DNA of 64,000 bases, from positions 3,721-67,720 of the forward strand of contig OZ219919.1 of assembly GCA_964291415.2 (NCBI GenBank), in the 5' to 3' direction. Position numbers and translations under genes: made by a program. Numbering within the stretch: the first letter of the stretch is position 1; each line of letters begins with the position of its first letter. Source of the DNA: Alphaproteobacteria bacterium (lineage in GTDB: Bacteria; Pseudomonadota; Alphaproteobacteria; SP197). Below the pieces are notes generated by a model, which did not search any database, was not told where the DNA came from, and worked only from the letters and a program-made list of their open reading frames with translations. Of this stretch, positions 38,119-48,155 are shown in pieces.

Positions 38119-39168
38119 TCAGGTATCGGCGCCGACGGCTTCCGTGAGATTGTGCAGGCCGTCCGCGGCCAGGCGCTCCTCGAGGCCATCGAGAATGCGT
38201 CCGACAACCGCCAGACCGTGCCAGACCAGAGCCGTATAGATCTGGATCAGCGAGGCGCCTGCCCGGATCTTCCGGTAGGCGTCCTCGGCCGACATGATGC
38301 CGCCCGTTCCGATGATCGGCAGGGCGCCGTGACCCGCTTTGTGGAGTGTGCGCACCAGGCTGGTGGAAAGCTCGAAGAGCGGTGCCCCCGACAGGCCACC
38401 GGCCTCGCCGGCATGGCGGTGTCGCAGTCCGCCCGGCCGGCTTATCGTCGTGTTGGACACCACGAGACCGGCGATGCCGTGATCGGCCGCCACCCGGGCC
38501 GCCTCCCCTGCATCCTCGAATGCCAGGTCCGGGGCAAGCTTGAGCAGCAGGGCCACGTCCGGGACTTCAGGGCGCGCGCCCTGAAGTGACTCCAGGAGTT
38601 TCGCGAGCTGGCGCACGGCCTGGAGGTCCCGCAGGCCCGGCGTGTTGGGCGACGACACGTTGATCACGACGTAGTCGGCGAGAGGGGCGAGCCGGATGAA
38701 TGCACGCCGGTAATCACCGTCCGCATCGGTGCTGTCGCGGTTCATGCCGATGTTGATGCCGACGATTCCGGCCTCCGGCCGGCGCGCCTCGAGGCGTGCC
38801 GCCACCTTGTCCATGCCTTCGTTGTTGAATCCAAGGCGATTGATCACAGCCCTGTCTGCCGGCAACCGGAAGATCCGCGGCCGCGGATTGCCGGCCTGGG
38901 GCCGCGGCGTCACGGTCCCGGCCTCGACGAACCCGAAACCCGCCGCCAGCATCTGCGCCGTCACCCTTGCATTCTTGTCAAACCCCGCCGCCAGGCCCAG
39001 GGGATTGGGAAAGTCGAGCCCGAACAGGGCGGTCGCCAGCCGGGGGCGTTCCGTCGCCGCTCGCCGCCCCGCCACCCCTGCCTCCAGGGCCCTGAGGGCC
39101 AGGTCGTGGGCACGCTCGGGTTCGATGAGGCCCATCATGGGACCGAGCAGGCGCCAGGTGTCGAACAT
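38119..39168 (-). CDS. pyrD: Dihydroorotate dehydrogenase (quinone), class 2
   Basis: 349-aa ORF. GLAAGFDKN, VNISSPNTPGLR and IGTGGI motifs. Confidence 0.9.
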   Translation of the reverse strand: MFDTWRLLGPMMGLIEPERAHDLALRALEAGVAGRRAATERPRLATALFGLDFPNPLGLAAGFDKNARVTAQMLAAGFGFVEAGTVTPRPQAGNPRPRIFRLPADRAVINRLGFNNEGMDKVAARLEARRPEAGIVGINIGMNRDSTDADGDYRRAFIRLAPLADYVVINVSSPNTPGLRDLQAVRQLAKLLESLQGARPEVPDVALLLKLAPDLAFEDAGEAARVAADHGIAGLVVSNTTISRPGGLRHRHAGEAGGLSGAPLFELSTSLVRTLHKAGHGALPIIGTGGIMSAEDAYRKIRAGASLIQIYTALVWHGLAVVGRILDGLEERLAADGLHNLTEAVGADT

Positions 39169-39260
39169 CCGGTGACACTTCCTCCTCTCCTTGAACCGTG
39201 CACACGCGGACCGGACCGTGCTAGAAGTGCGTGGCTCTGGCGCAGGACAACCGATCTACC

Positions 39261-40112
39261 ATGGAACAGCTTACCTATTTCGACGGCGCCTTCCATGAAG
39301 GCAATCCCATGATCATGGGACCGCTTGACCAATCATTCTGGTTCGCCACGCAGGTCTTCGACGGCGCCCGCGCCTTCGACGGCGTCATGCCGGACATCGA
39401 TCGTCACTGCGAACGATGCCTCAAGTCCGCGAGGGTCATGGGCATGGAGCCGCAGCAGTCGGTCGACGACCTGGTCGAACTGGCCGGAGACATGGCGCGC
39501 CGCTTCCCGGCCGACGCTCAGCTCTACATCCGGCCAACCTACTGGAGCGGCGTCAGCGATTCCCTGTGGGCGGTCTCCGAACTCACCAGGTTCCTGATGG
39601 TCCTGGAGGTGGCGCCCATGGCGGAGCCGAAGGGGTTTTCGGCGTGCCTTTCCGAAATCAGGCGGCCGGCGCCCGACATGGCTCCCACCCTCGCCAAGGC
39701 TTCGTGCCTCTATCCGGCAACCGGCGATGCGGTGCGCCGCGCCAACGAGCGAGGCTTCGACAATCCGGTCATGCTCGACCATGAGGGCCATGTTGCCGAA
39801 TTCGCCACGGCCAACCTCTTCATCGTCAGGGATGGTCAGGTGCACACGCCCGTCGAGAACGGCACCTTCCTGGCCGGCATCACGCGACGCAGGGTGATGT
39901 CGCTCCTGCGAGACGCCGGCTGGGAGGTATTCGAGCGTTCCCTTTCCTGGGAGGAGGTCCGGACCGCCGACGAAGTGTTCTCCACCGGCAACTACAACAA
40001 GGTCATGCCGGCCACCCGCATTGACGACCGCGACCTCCAGCCCGGACCGGCCTATCGCGAGGCCCGCGAACTCTATTTCGCCTATGCCCGCGACAGCGGG
40101 CACCGCCTGTAA
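39261..40112 (+). CDS. Class IV aminotransferase (branched-chain amino acid / D-amino acid aminotransferase fold)
   Basis: ORF 39231 (GTG) or ATG 39261. YFDGAFHEG..., a later EFATANLFIV, and GITRR. Confidence 0.75.
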   Translation: MEQLTYFDGAFHEGNPMIMGPLDQSFWFATQVFDGARAFDGVMPDIDRHCERCLKSARVMGMEPQQSVDDLVELAGDMARRFPADAQLYIRPTYWSGVSDSLWAVSELTRFLMVLEVAPMAEPKGFSACLSEIRRPAPDMAPTLAKASCLYPATGDAVRRANERGFDNPVMLDHEGHVAEFATANLFIVRDGQVHTPVENGTFLAGITRRRVMSLLRDAGWEVFERSLSWEEVRTADEVFSTGNYNKVMPATRIDDRDLQPGPAYREARELYFAYARDSGHRL

Positions 40113-40141
40113 CGCCAGACGCCGTTTCCAGGCAGATCGAG

Positions 40142-40960
40142 ATGAACGCCATGAACAGCGACACGGCCATCAACCGCGGCTGGTGGGACGAGGTGACACC
40201 TGTTCACGAGGCCAGCGCATTCTACGACGTCGCCGGCTTCCTCGACGGCCGCAACACCCTGGGTACCATCGAGCGGCAAGCTGTCGGCGACGTCGCCGGC
40301 AGGAAACTCCTCCACCTGCAGTGCCATTTCGGCCTCGACACCCTGTCCTGGGCCAGGCTCGGGGCCGATGTCGTCGGTGTCGACTTTTCGCCTGTCGCCA
40401 TCGCCACCGCAGAGCGCCTGACCAGGGAATGCGGCCTGGAGTCAAGGGCCCGCTTCATCGAGGCTGACGTCACGACCGCTGGCCGGCTTGCCGGAGCGCC
40501 CTTCGATATCGTCTTCACCTCGCTCGGCGTCCTCACGTGGATCGGTGATCTCGACGGCTGGGCCGCCACCATTGATGCCAACCTGGCGGACGGCGGCTTC
40601 TTCTACCTTCTCGATGCCCACCCCCTGTCGATGGTCTTCGATGAGTCATCGCCCGTCCCCGTCGTGCACTATGACTACTTTCAGGGCACGGACCCGATAC
40701 ACGAGCCGGCCGGCAGCCCCGACTACGCCGACCCGGCCTACCGGATCAGCTCCGAGGCGCGCGAGTACACATGGCCGCTGTCCGATATCTTTGCCGCCCT
40801 CGAGAAGCGAGGCCTCCGGATCCACGAGGTGCGGGAGTATCCCTTTGGCGCCTGGCCGCAGTTTCCCGGCATGAACAAGGGAGAAGACGGCTACTGGCAC
40901 CGCCCTGGCGACCTCTTGCCCCTGCCGCTCCTGCTCGGATTCAAGGCACGGCGGAAGTGA
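40142..40960 (+). CDS. Class I SAM-dependent methyltransferase
   Basis: 272-aa ORF. Motif I LLHLQCHFGLDTL and VVGVDFSPVAI. Confidence 0.7.
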   Translation: MNAMNSDTAINRGWWDEVTPVHEASAFYDVAGFLDGRNTLGTIERQAVGDVAGRKLLHLQCHFGLDTLSWARLGADVVGVDFSPVAIATAERLTRECGLESRARFIEADVTTAGRLAGAPFDIVFTSLGVLTWIGDLDGWAATIDANLADGGFFYLLDAHPLSMVFDESSPVPVVHYDYFQGTDPIHEPAGSPDYADPAYRISSEAREYTWPLSDIFAALEKRGLRIHEVREYPFGAWPQFPGMNKGEDGYWHRPGDLLPLPLLLGFKARRK

Positions 40961-40963
40961 GGG

Positions 40964-42080
40964 TCATTCCCGGGCGGCATCCTGGCCGACACGCTGCGCC
41001 AGGGCTGCCTGGATGAAGCCGTCGAGGTCGCCGTCGAGGACGGCATCGGTGTTGCTGGTTTCGTGTCCGGTCCGCAGATCCTTGACCATGCGGTAGGGCT
41101 GCAGGACATAGGAGCGGATCTGGTGGCCCCAGCCGATATCGGTCTTTTCGGCATGAAGCGCCTGGGCTTCTTCCTCCCGCAAACGCAACTCCCGGTCATA
41201 GAGCCGCGACTTCAGGACGGCCATCGCCTCGGCCCGGTTGCGGTGCTGGGAGCGGTTGTTCTGGCACTGCACGACGATGCCCGTGGGAAGATGTGTCAGG
41301 CGCACGGCGCTGTCGGTCTTGTTGACGTGCTGGCCACCGGCGCCGGAGGCACGGTAGGTGTCGACGCGCAATTCGCTTTCGTCGACGGTGATCTCGATGC
41401 TGTCGTCGACGACCGGCGACACCGAGACGCTGGCAAAGCTGGTGTGGCGGCGCATCTGTGAATCGAAGGGTGAAATCCGCACCAGGCGATGGACGCCCGA
41501 TTCCGTCTTGGCCCAGCCGTAGGCGCCGTCACCGACAAACTTCAGGGTTGCCGACTTGATGCCGGCCTCCTCTCCCGGGGTTTCGCCGAGGTCCTCGACG
41601 CGGTAGTCCCTGCGTTGCGCCCACCGGCGGTACATGCGCACCAGCATGTTGGCCCAGTCCTGGCTTTCCGTGCCGCCGGCGCCGGCATGAACCTCGATGT
41701 AGCAGTCGTTGCCGTCCGCCTCGCCGGAAAGGAGACTGGCAATGCGCAGTTTTCCGGTGCGCAGGGAGAGGGCCTCGAGCGCCTCCACGCACTGCCCGAC
41801 AAGGTCCTCCTCGCCTTCGGCTTCGGCCAGCTCGGCGAGTTCCAGGTGTTCGGCAAGCTCGTCCCGAAGGGCGTGCACGCTGCCGATGGCGGCGGCAAGC
41901 CGCGTACGCTCGCGCAGCAGCGCCTGCGCCTTATCCGGGTCGTTCCAGAGTTCCGGATCCTGGGTCAGGTGCTCGAGTTCATCGAGCCGGGCGTTGGCAT
42001 GTTCCCAGTCAAAGATGCCTCCGCACGAGGTCAAGACCGGATTCGATGCTGTCCTTCAGTTCGGCAATGGCGGGGCGCAT
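40964..42080 (-). CDS. prfB: Peptide chain release factor 2, expressed through a programmed +1 frameshift
   Basis: ORF1 runs from ATG 42080 ([23 protein letters not shown]) to TGA at 42009-42011. ORF2 (track ORF 40964..42034) continues [13 protein letters not shown]... It carries the SPF tripeptide (RISPFDS) and GGQ ([16 protein letters not shown]). Confidence 0.95.
42008..42023 (-). other. prfB +1 frameshift site with an internal Shine-Dalgarno-like element
   Basis: The mRNA sense reads CGG AGG CAT CTT TGA C. That is the canonical CUU UGA C slippery/stop context, preceded by GGAGG. Confidence 0.9.
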
Positions 42081-42114
42081 GGTTTCCTGTCTCCTCCGGC
42101 CACAACGCAAGGGG

Positions 42115-44559
42115 TCAGTAGACGCCCGATGACCTGTCATCGCCCAGCGATAGCACGACATGGCGGTCCGCCTCAACCGTCGGCTCGCTGCCCGGCCGGA
42201 AGGCCTCGGTGATGATCCGGGTGGTGGCCTCGCCCGGCAACAGACCGTGGTCGGCATCGATACGGACAAGACGGACTCCCGGAGGGATGCGGAACGGGAT
42301 GACGGGTTCCGAGGCGAGTGCCTCGGCCATGAAGAGCTGCCACACCGGCACCGCCACGGACGATCCGGTCTCCCGGTCGCCGAGCGTCTCCGGCTGGTCG
42401 AAACCGACATAGACACCGACAGCGAGATCGGGCGAGAAACCGAGAAACCAGGCGTCGCGGTTGTCATTGGTGGTGCCGGTCTTGCCGGCAAGCGGCCGTT
42501 CCAGCGCACGCAGCCGGACTCCGGTTCCGCGCTCCACCACCCCCTCGAGCATGTGCACCATCTGGTAGGCAGTTACCGGATCCACGAGTCTGGGCCGGAC
42601 GTCCGGGAGCGCCGGAACCGGCAGTTGACGATCCCAGGCTGCTGCCCGGCATTCATCACATTCGCGCGTATCACGCCGCCAGATCGTTCTGCCGTGGCGA
42701 TCCTGGATGCGTTCGATCAGCTCGGGATCCACCTCCCTGCCACCGTTGACGATTGCTGCATAGGCTGCCGTCAGGCGCATCAGGGTGGTCTCGGCGGAAC
42801 CAAGCGCGACCGGCAGGTAGTAGGGTTGGGACTCGTCCAGGATGCCGAACTTGCGAACGTAACCGTCGACAACGTCGGGACCCAGCGTATTGGCCAGGCG
42901 CACGGTCATCAGATTGCGCGACTTCTCGATGCCGACCCTGAGCGGAACCAGACCATAGAATTCCTGCGTGTAGTTGGCCGGACGCCAGAGCTCCTGTCCG
43001 GCGCCCGGATCGTAGACGAAGGGCGCATCCTCGATCAGTGCCGCGGGGGTATAGCCGTGGTCGAGGGCGGCCATGTAGACGAAGGGCTTGAAGGCGGAAC
43101 CGGGCTGGCGCAGAGCCTGCGTCGCCCGGTTGAACTCGCTCGTGGCGTAGCTGAACCCGCCCTGCATGGCGAGCACGCGGCCGGTATGGGGATCCAGGGC
43201 AACGAGGCCGCCGGACACCAGGGGAATCTGGCGCAAGGCATGGAATCGGGTGCCATCCGGGGCGTCCTTGGGGAGACTCTCCACCACAATGACATCACCA
43301 TGGGCCAGCACATCGGCGGGCAGGCCGGGAACCGGGCCGAGCCTGCCGTTGTCGAGGCGCCTTCTCGCCCATGCCATGTCCTCCAGGAGGACAAGGCCGT
43401 GGCTGCCGTCGGCAAAGCCGACAGCGGCCGCCGCATCGTTCATGCCGAGGACGACGGCGGCCTGCCATGGGGCAACGTCCATCGTCCCGGCAATGGTCGC
43501 CAGGGCATCGGTCCAGGAATCGTCGAGATCCACCCTGGCCACCGGACCACGCCAGCCGCGCCGGCGGTCATAGAGTCCAAGGCCGTTCCTGAGGGCGCGG
43601 CTGGCGGCCTCCTGGAGTGCCGGATCGATGGTCGACCTGACATAGAGGCCCCCGGTGTAGAGCGCATCGGATCCATACCGGCGGGCGATGGCGCGACGGA
43701 TCTCCTCGACCGCATAGGCGGCCTCGACGAAGACACGGGAACCGGACCTGCTGACACCCAGGGGCTGGCGCCGCGCCAGCATGGCCTCCCGTTGCGTGAT
43801 ATGCCCATCCTCGGCCATGCGCGAGAGGACCCAGTTGCGCCTCGCGACAGCTGCCCGCGGCTTGCGTTCCGGATGATAGTTGTTGGGGGCCTTGGGCAGG
43901 GCCGCCAGATAGGCGGCCTCGGCGACCGACAGGGAGTCGAGTGACTTGTCGAAGTAGTTGAGCGCCGCCGCCGCAACACCGTAGCTCCCCAGTCCGAGGT
44001 AGATCTCGTTGAGATAGAGTTCGAGTATTCTCTCCTTGGTCAGGGCCTCCTCGATGCGGAACGCGAGAATCGCCTCCCTGATCTTGCGGCGATAGGACAT
44101 CTCGTTTGTCAGGAGGAAGTTCTTGGCGACCTGCTGGGTGATAGTCGATGCGCCCTGCAGCCGGCGGCCCTCGATGGTCGCTTCGACATTGGCAATCATG
44201 GCCCGCACGATGCCGAGGGGATCGATGCCCCGATGCGCGAAGAAGGTCTTGTCCTCTGCCGAGATGAAGGCCTGCCGGACCTTCAGCGGAATCGCCTGAA
44301 GCGGCACGAAGACCCGGTTCTCGACGGCGAACTGCGCCATCAGGCTGCCGTCTCCGGCATAGACACGTGTGGCGACCGGGGGTTCGTAGCCGGCGAGCAT
44401 GCGATGATCCGGCAGGCCCTGGCTGAAACTGGTCCAGGCGGCCATCGCCAGGATACCGGCGGCGATCAGGATGACGACAAGCAACGACACGCACGCAGTC
44501 AGCCATCGCAGCCAGCGTCTTGGCCTTCGCACCGGTCTGTCGTTGTGTGCTGCGGTCAT
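42115..44559 (-). CDS. mrcA: Penicillin-binding protein 1A (bifunctional glycosyltransferase/transpeptidase)
   Basis: ORF trimmed to ATG 44559 (MTAAHNDRPVRRPRRWLRW plus a TM segment). GT51 motifs EDKTFFAHRGID and RKIREA. Transpeptidase SxxK (GSAFKPF) and KTGTTND. Confidence 0.9.
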   Translation of the reverse strand: MTAAHNDRPVRRPRRWLRWLTACVSLLVVILIAAGILAMAAWTSFSQGLPDHRMLAGYEPPVATRVYAGDGSLMAQFAVENRVFVPLQAIPLKVRQAFISAEDKTFFAHRGIDPLGIVRAMIANVEATIEGRRLQGASTITQQVAKNFLLTNEMSYRRKIREAILAFRIEEALTKERILELYLNEIYLGLGSYGVAAAALNYFDKSLDSLSVAEAAYLAALPKAPNNYHPERKPRAAVARRNWVLSRMAEDGHITQREAMLARRQPLGVSRSGSRVFVEAAYAVEEIRRAIARRYGSDALYTGGLYVRSTIDPALQEAASRALRNGLGLYDRRRGWRGPVARVDLDDSWTDALATIAGTMDVAPWQAAVVLGMNDAAAAVGFADGSHGLVLLEDMAWARRRLDNGRLGPVPGLPADVLAHGDVIVVESLPKDAPDGTRFHALRQIPLVSGGLVALDPHTGRVLAMQGGFSYATSEFNRATQALRQPGSAFKPFVYMAALDHGYTPAALIEDAPFVYDPGAGQELWRPANYTQEFYGLVPLRVGIEKSRNLMTVRLANTLGPDVVDGYVRKFGILDESQPYYLPVALGSAETTLMRLTAAYAAIVNGGREVDPELIERIQDRHGRTIWRRDTRECDECRAAAWDRQLPVPALPDVRPRLVDPVTAYQMVHMLEGVVERGTGVRLRALERPLAGKTGTTNDNRDAWFLGFSPDLAVGVYVGFDQPETLGDRETGSSVAVPVWQLFMAEALASEPVIPFRIPPGVRLVRIDADHGLLPGEATTRIITEAFRPGSEPTVEADRHVVLSLGDDRSSGVY

Positions 44560-44626
44560 GCCGCTCTCTTCACTCGCTCCGGCCAGGCCACGCTCACATG
44601 TCCATGTGTCATGCCGGTGGCAACGG

Positions 44627-45820
44627 TCACGACCGGCGCGATGACATGAAGGTATCGATGGCCCTGACAACGCCGGCGAGGAATGTCCGCCGCCAGGAGC
44701 GATCCATCATCAGACGTTCCTCGACCGGGTTCGACAAGAAACCCATCTCTATCAGAACCGAAGGGACGTCGGGTGCTTTGAGCACCCGAAAGCCGGCGAA
44801 CCTGTGGACGTTCCGGCGCAACTCGGTCACCCGGGTCAGTTCGCTGGCCAGGATTCCGGCGAACTCCGACGACGCGTTCTTGGTTTCCCTCTGTGCCAGG
44901 TCGATCAGGATATTGGTGGTAACCGGATCGTAGTCGATGCTGACGAAGTCGACTCCCTCGATGAGGTCGGACCGGTTCTCGTTCCGCGCGAGGGCTGCGG
45001 CTTCCTTGTCCGAAGCGGTTTCCGAAAGTGTGTAGACACCCATGCCCCTGACATGCGGGCTGTCGATCGAATCGGCGTGCAGGGAGATGAAGAGATCCGC
45101 GCCCGCCGCACGGGCGAACAGGACCCGGTCGGCAAGACGCAGGATCCAGTCGCCCTCACGGGTCATGACCACGTGATAGCGCCCGGTCTCCTCCAGCATG
45201 GCCTTGAGTTCGCGTGCGGCGGCCAGGACGATGTCCTTCTCGTGGGCGCCGCTGGCGCCGACGGCGCCTGGATCCGGGCCGCCGTGACCTGGATCGAGAA
45301 CGATGATCGGGAGCGGCGGGGGAGGCTTGACGCCGGGCCTGAGGATGCCGTCATCCTCCACCGCGCTGTCGGAAGGCAATGGAGCAGCGCTGACGAGCGG
45401 CGCAATGTCGAGCACGATCCGGTGACCGTAGTCACCCTCCGGTTCCAGGACCAGGGTGTCCCGCACCACCCCGGGTTCCACGAGGTCGAGCACGACACGC
45501 GTCACGTCGACGGTCGGCGTGCCGAAGCGGGCGCGCACGACAAGTCCGGTGTCGATGCCGCGTTCCCTTTCGAGCATCCCCCGCGACACCTGCGAGAGGT
45601 CAACGACAATCCGCGCAGGGTCGTCGAGCGTGAAGGCGTGAAAGTCCGCCGGTCCATCGAGGTCGATGACAAATCGCGTCAGGTCCCCCGAAACACCGGC
45701 CCTGACGTTGACAAGAACGGTATCGCCGGCAAGGGCGTGCCCATGCACCCCCGACACCATCAGGGTCAGCATGATCACGGTCATGACAGCCTTGATGTAT
45801 CCGGGACTTGTCGGACTCAT
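44627..45820 (-). CDS. amiC: N-acetylmuramoyl-L-alanine amidase (Amidase_3) with an N-terminal AMIN-like domain
   Basis: ORF trimmed to ATG 45820 (signal MSPTSPGYIKAVMTVIMLTLMVSGVHGHA). Contains VLDPGHGGPDPGA and LFISLHAD. Confidence 0.8.
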   Translation of the reverse strand: MSPTSPGYIKAVMTVIMLTLMVSGVHGHALAGDTVLVNVRAGVSGDLTRFVIDLDGPADFHAFTLDDPARIVVDLSQVSRGMLERERGIDTGLVVRARFGTPTVDVTRVVLDLVEPGVVRDTLVLEPEGDYGHRIVLDIAPLVSAAPLPSDSAVEDDGILRPGVKPPPPLPIIVLDPGHGGPDPGAVGASGAHEKDIVLAAARELKAMLEETGRYHVVMTREGDWILRLADRVLFARAAGADLFISLHADSIDSPHVRGMGVYTLSETASDKEAAALARNENRSDLIEGVDFVSIDYDPVTTNILIDLAQRETKNASSEFAGILASELTRVTELRRNVHRFAGFRVLKAPDVPSVLIEMGFLSNPVEERLMMDRSWRRTFLAGVVRAIDTFMSSRRS

Positions 45821-45915
45821 GAGGGCGTTGTAGGATATTGATGTCGCCTGGTCACTGCCAAAGGATGGCAGCAGGAAACAGCGGACGACCCGCGACCTTG
45901 GACAGTGCGACGGGA

Positions 45916-46001
45916 GGTGCCGGTTCCGGCACCGAAATTGGAACAACCGTGACCCTTGCACCAGATCATTCCCGTGTCATGAACCGGAACACGATTCCGG
46001 T
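45916..46001 (+). promoter_or_regulatory. Structured region in the long rne leader (two hairpins)
   Basis: GGTGCCGG-TT-CCGGCACC (45916-45933) and ACCGGAA-CACGA-TTCCGGT (45983-46001). Both lie inside the 309-nt amiC/rne intergenic region, upstream of ATG 46130. Confidence 0.4.
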
Positions 46002-46129
46002 CCTGCAAGCCTTGTGCGCTGCCCAAACCGCGGATGAATCATGGTGGAGCCGTCACTCAACCGAGGCGGCGGCGCGACGGCGATACACCAACGTCAGCCG
46101 ACCTGCCGACAGGACTATCTGGACCATCC

Positions 46130-48151
46130 ATGACCACACGCATGCTCATCGACGCGGGCCACCCCGAAGAAACCCGCGTTGTCGTTTCCGACGGACATGA
46201 ACTGCAGGAATTCGACGTCGAATCATCTGTCAAGACACAGATCAAGGCCAACATCTATCTCGCCAAGGTTGTCCGCATCGAGCCTTCGCTGCAATCCGCC
46301 TTTGTCGAGTACGGAGGCAACCGACACGGGTTCCTTCCGTTCAGCGAGATTCACACTGACTATTTCCAGCTTCCCGTATCCGACCGCGACGAGATCACCG
46401 CGGAACAGGCAAGACTGGTCGAGGAAGCGAGCCTCGACGACATCGAAGAGGACGACGCGGTCGACTCCGCCGACGGCGAAGCCGTTCCCGCCGAGTCAGG
46501 CTCTTCCCCGGCACGAAGTCGAGGACGCCGCCAGCAGGATGATCGGGAAGATCATCCCGAAACGATCCTTCATGCGGCCATCCTCAAGCGCGGCTACCGC
46601 ATCCAGGAGGTGATCAGGAAGAACCAGATCCTGCTGGTTCAGGTCACCAAGGAGGAGCGCGGCACCAAGGGGGCCGCACTCAGCACCTATCTGTCGATTG
46701 CCGGACGCTACTGCGTGCTGATGCCCAACACGCCCCGTGGTGGTGGCATCTCGCGCAAGATCACGGACCATGCACAGCGCCGCCGCCTCAAGGAGGTTGC
46801 CGCGGGCTTCGACATTCCCGAAGGCATGGGTCTCATCGTCCGCACCGCAGGTCAGAACCGCTCGCGTCCCGAGATCCGCCGCGACTACAACAGTCTCCTC
46901 AAGCAATGGGAGGACCTCCGGGACAAGACGCTGAAGAGCACGGCTCCATGCCTCATCAGGGAGGAGGCCAGCATCATCAAGCGGGCCATTCGCGACCTCT
47001 ACACGAAGAACGTGGACGAGGTGCTCGTCGAGGGAGACGAGGGCTACCGTACCGCGAAGGCCTACATGAAGTTCCTCATGCCGAGCCATGCCTCGAGGGT
47101 CAAGCTTCACCGGGATTCGGTTTCGCTGTTCCACGCGTTTGACGTGGAGAAGGAAATCGATGCCATGCACAGCCCCGTGGTGCCTCTGGCTTCAGGCGGC
47201 TCGCTCGTCATCAATCCGACCGAGGCGCTCGTGGTCATCGACGTCAACTCCGGACGCTCCACACGGGAGCGTTCCATCGAGGACACGGCACTGAAAACCA
47301 ATCTCGAGGCGACGCACGAGATCGCTCGCCAGATGCGGTTGCGGGACCTTGCCGGGCTGGTCGTCATCGATTTCATCGACATGGACGACCGCCGCAATGA
47401 TGCCACCGTGGAACGCCGCATGAAGGAGGCGGTGAAGGGCGACCGTGCCCGCATCCAGATTGGCCGCATCAGCCACTTCGGCCTCATGGAACTGTCCCGC
47501 CAGCGTTTGCGTCCCAGTCTCGAGGAAGCCATCTCGGCGCCATGCCCGACGTGCAACGGTTCGGGTTACATGCGGTCGATCGAGTCGACGACGCTGCACG
47601 TGTTGCGCGGCATCGAAAGCGCGGCGGCGGGCAAGGCTGGCCAAACGCTCCTTGTGACCGCGCCGACGGCCATCGCCTTCCAGCTGCTCAATCACAAGCG
47701 GCTCATGCTGACGGGGATCGAGGACCGCTACAAGGTCACGGTGACCATCGAGGCCGATGACCGGCTGGTGGCGCCCGACTTCCGCATCGATACCGGCGAC
47801 TCCGGAACCGCGGCCCATGCTCCGCGAGACAACGCGGCACAAGTCCCCGACGAGCCCTCATCCTTGCGACGTCGCAAGCGTTCGCGGCGCCGGCGCCGCG
47901 ATGCCGGCCAGGAGGCGGATCCGGATCCGGTGAAAGCCGATGCTCAGGAAAGCGAGGACGAGGCCGCCGAACAGGGAGAGCGCAGGCGCCGGCGGCGGGG
48001 CAGACGCGGTGGCCGGCGGCGCAAGGCCAACGGGGAAAATGCCCCGCAAACCGCTGGCGAGAATCGCCAGGGACAGCAGGATGACCCGAGTCCGGCACCC
48101 GCCGGGGAGACTGCGCCTGCGGATGGCGAGGCGGAGGCCGTGGCCGGATAG
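46130..48151 (+). CDS. rne: Ribonuclease E
   Basis: ORF trimmed to ATG 46130 (MTTRMLIDAGHPEETRVVVSDGHELQEFDVES; compare E. coli MKRMLINATQQEELRVALV). The S1 region is interrupted by an acidic/Arg-rich insert. The C-terminal tail is Arg-rich (RRRKRSRRRRR, RRRRRRGRRGGRRRK). Confidence 0.9.
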   Translation: MTTRMLIDAGHPEETRVVVSDGHELQEFDVESSVKTQIKANIYLAKVVRIEPSLQSAFVEYGGNRHGFLPFSEIHTDYFQLPVSDRDEITAEQARLVEEASLDDIEEDDAVDSADGEAVPAESGSSPARSRGRRQQDDREDHPETILHAAILKRGYRIQEVIRKNQILLVQVTKEERGTKGAALSTYLSIAGRYCVLMPNTPRGGGISRKITDHAQRRRLKEVAAGFDIPEGMGLIVRTAGQNRSRPEIRRDYNSLLKQWEDLRDKTLKSTAPCLIREEASIIKRAIRDLYTKNVDEVLVEGDEGYRTAKAYMKFLMPSHASRVKLHRDSVSLFHAFDVEKEIDAMHSPVVPLASGGSLVINPTEALVVIDVNSGRSTRERSIEDTALKTNLEATHEIARQMRLRDLAGLVVIDFIDMDDRRNDATVERRMKEAVKGDRARIQIGRISHFGLMELSRQRLRPSLEEAISAPCPTCNGSGYMRSIESTTLHVLRGIESAAAGKAGQTLLVTAPTAIAFQLLNHKRLMLTGIEDRYKVTVTIEADDRLVAPDFRIDTGDSGTAAHAPRDNAAQVPDEPSSLRRRKRSRRRRRDAGQEADPDPVKADAQESEDEAAEQGERRRRRRGRRGGRRRKANGENAPQTAGENRQGQQDDPSPAPAGETAPADGEAEAVAG

Positions 48152-48155
48152 GCAA

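Noticed and set aside
42160-43944. Other long shadow ORFs. Examples: 42160..43944 +, 49763..51586 -, 25588..27204 +, 30972..32597 +, 33654..35054 +, 52513..53898 -, 57602..58825 -, 14187..15383 -, 16779..17939 -, 4939..6072 +, 23542..24675 +, 59733..60842 +
   Set aside because: Each lies antisense to a gene with clear family motifs (PBP1A, M48/ggt, sat, GH3, acylase, accC, ACAD, permease, TauD, DadA-like, ProX-like, GcvT fusion) and shows the same Arg/Gly/Pro-rich composition.
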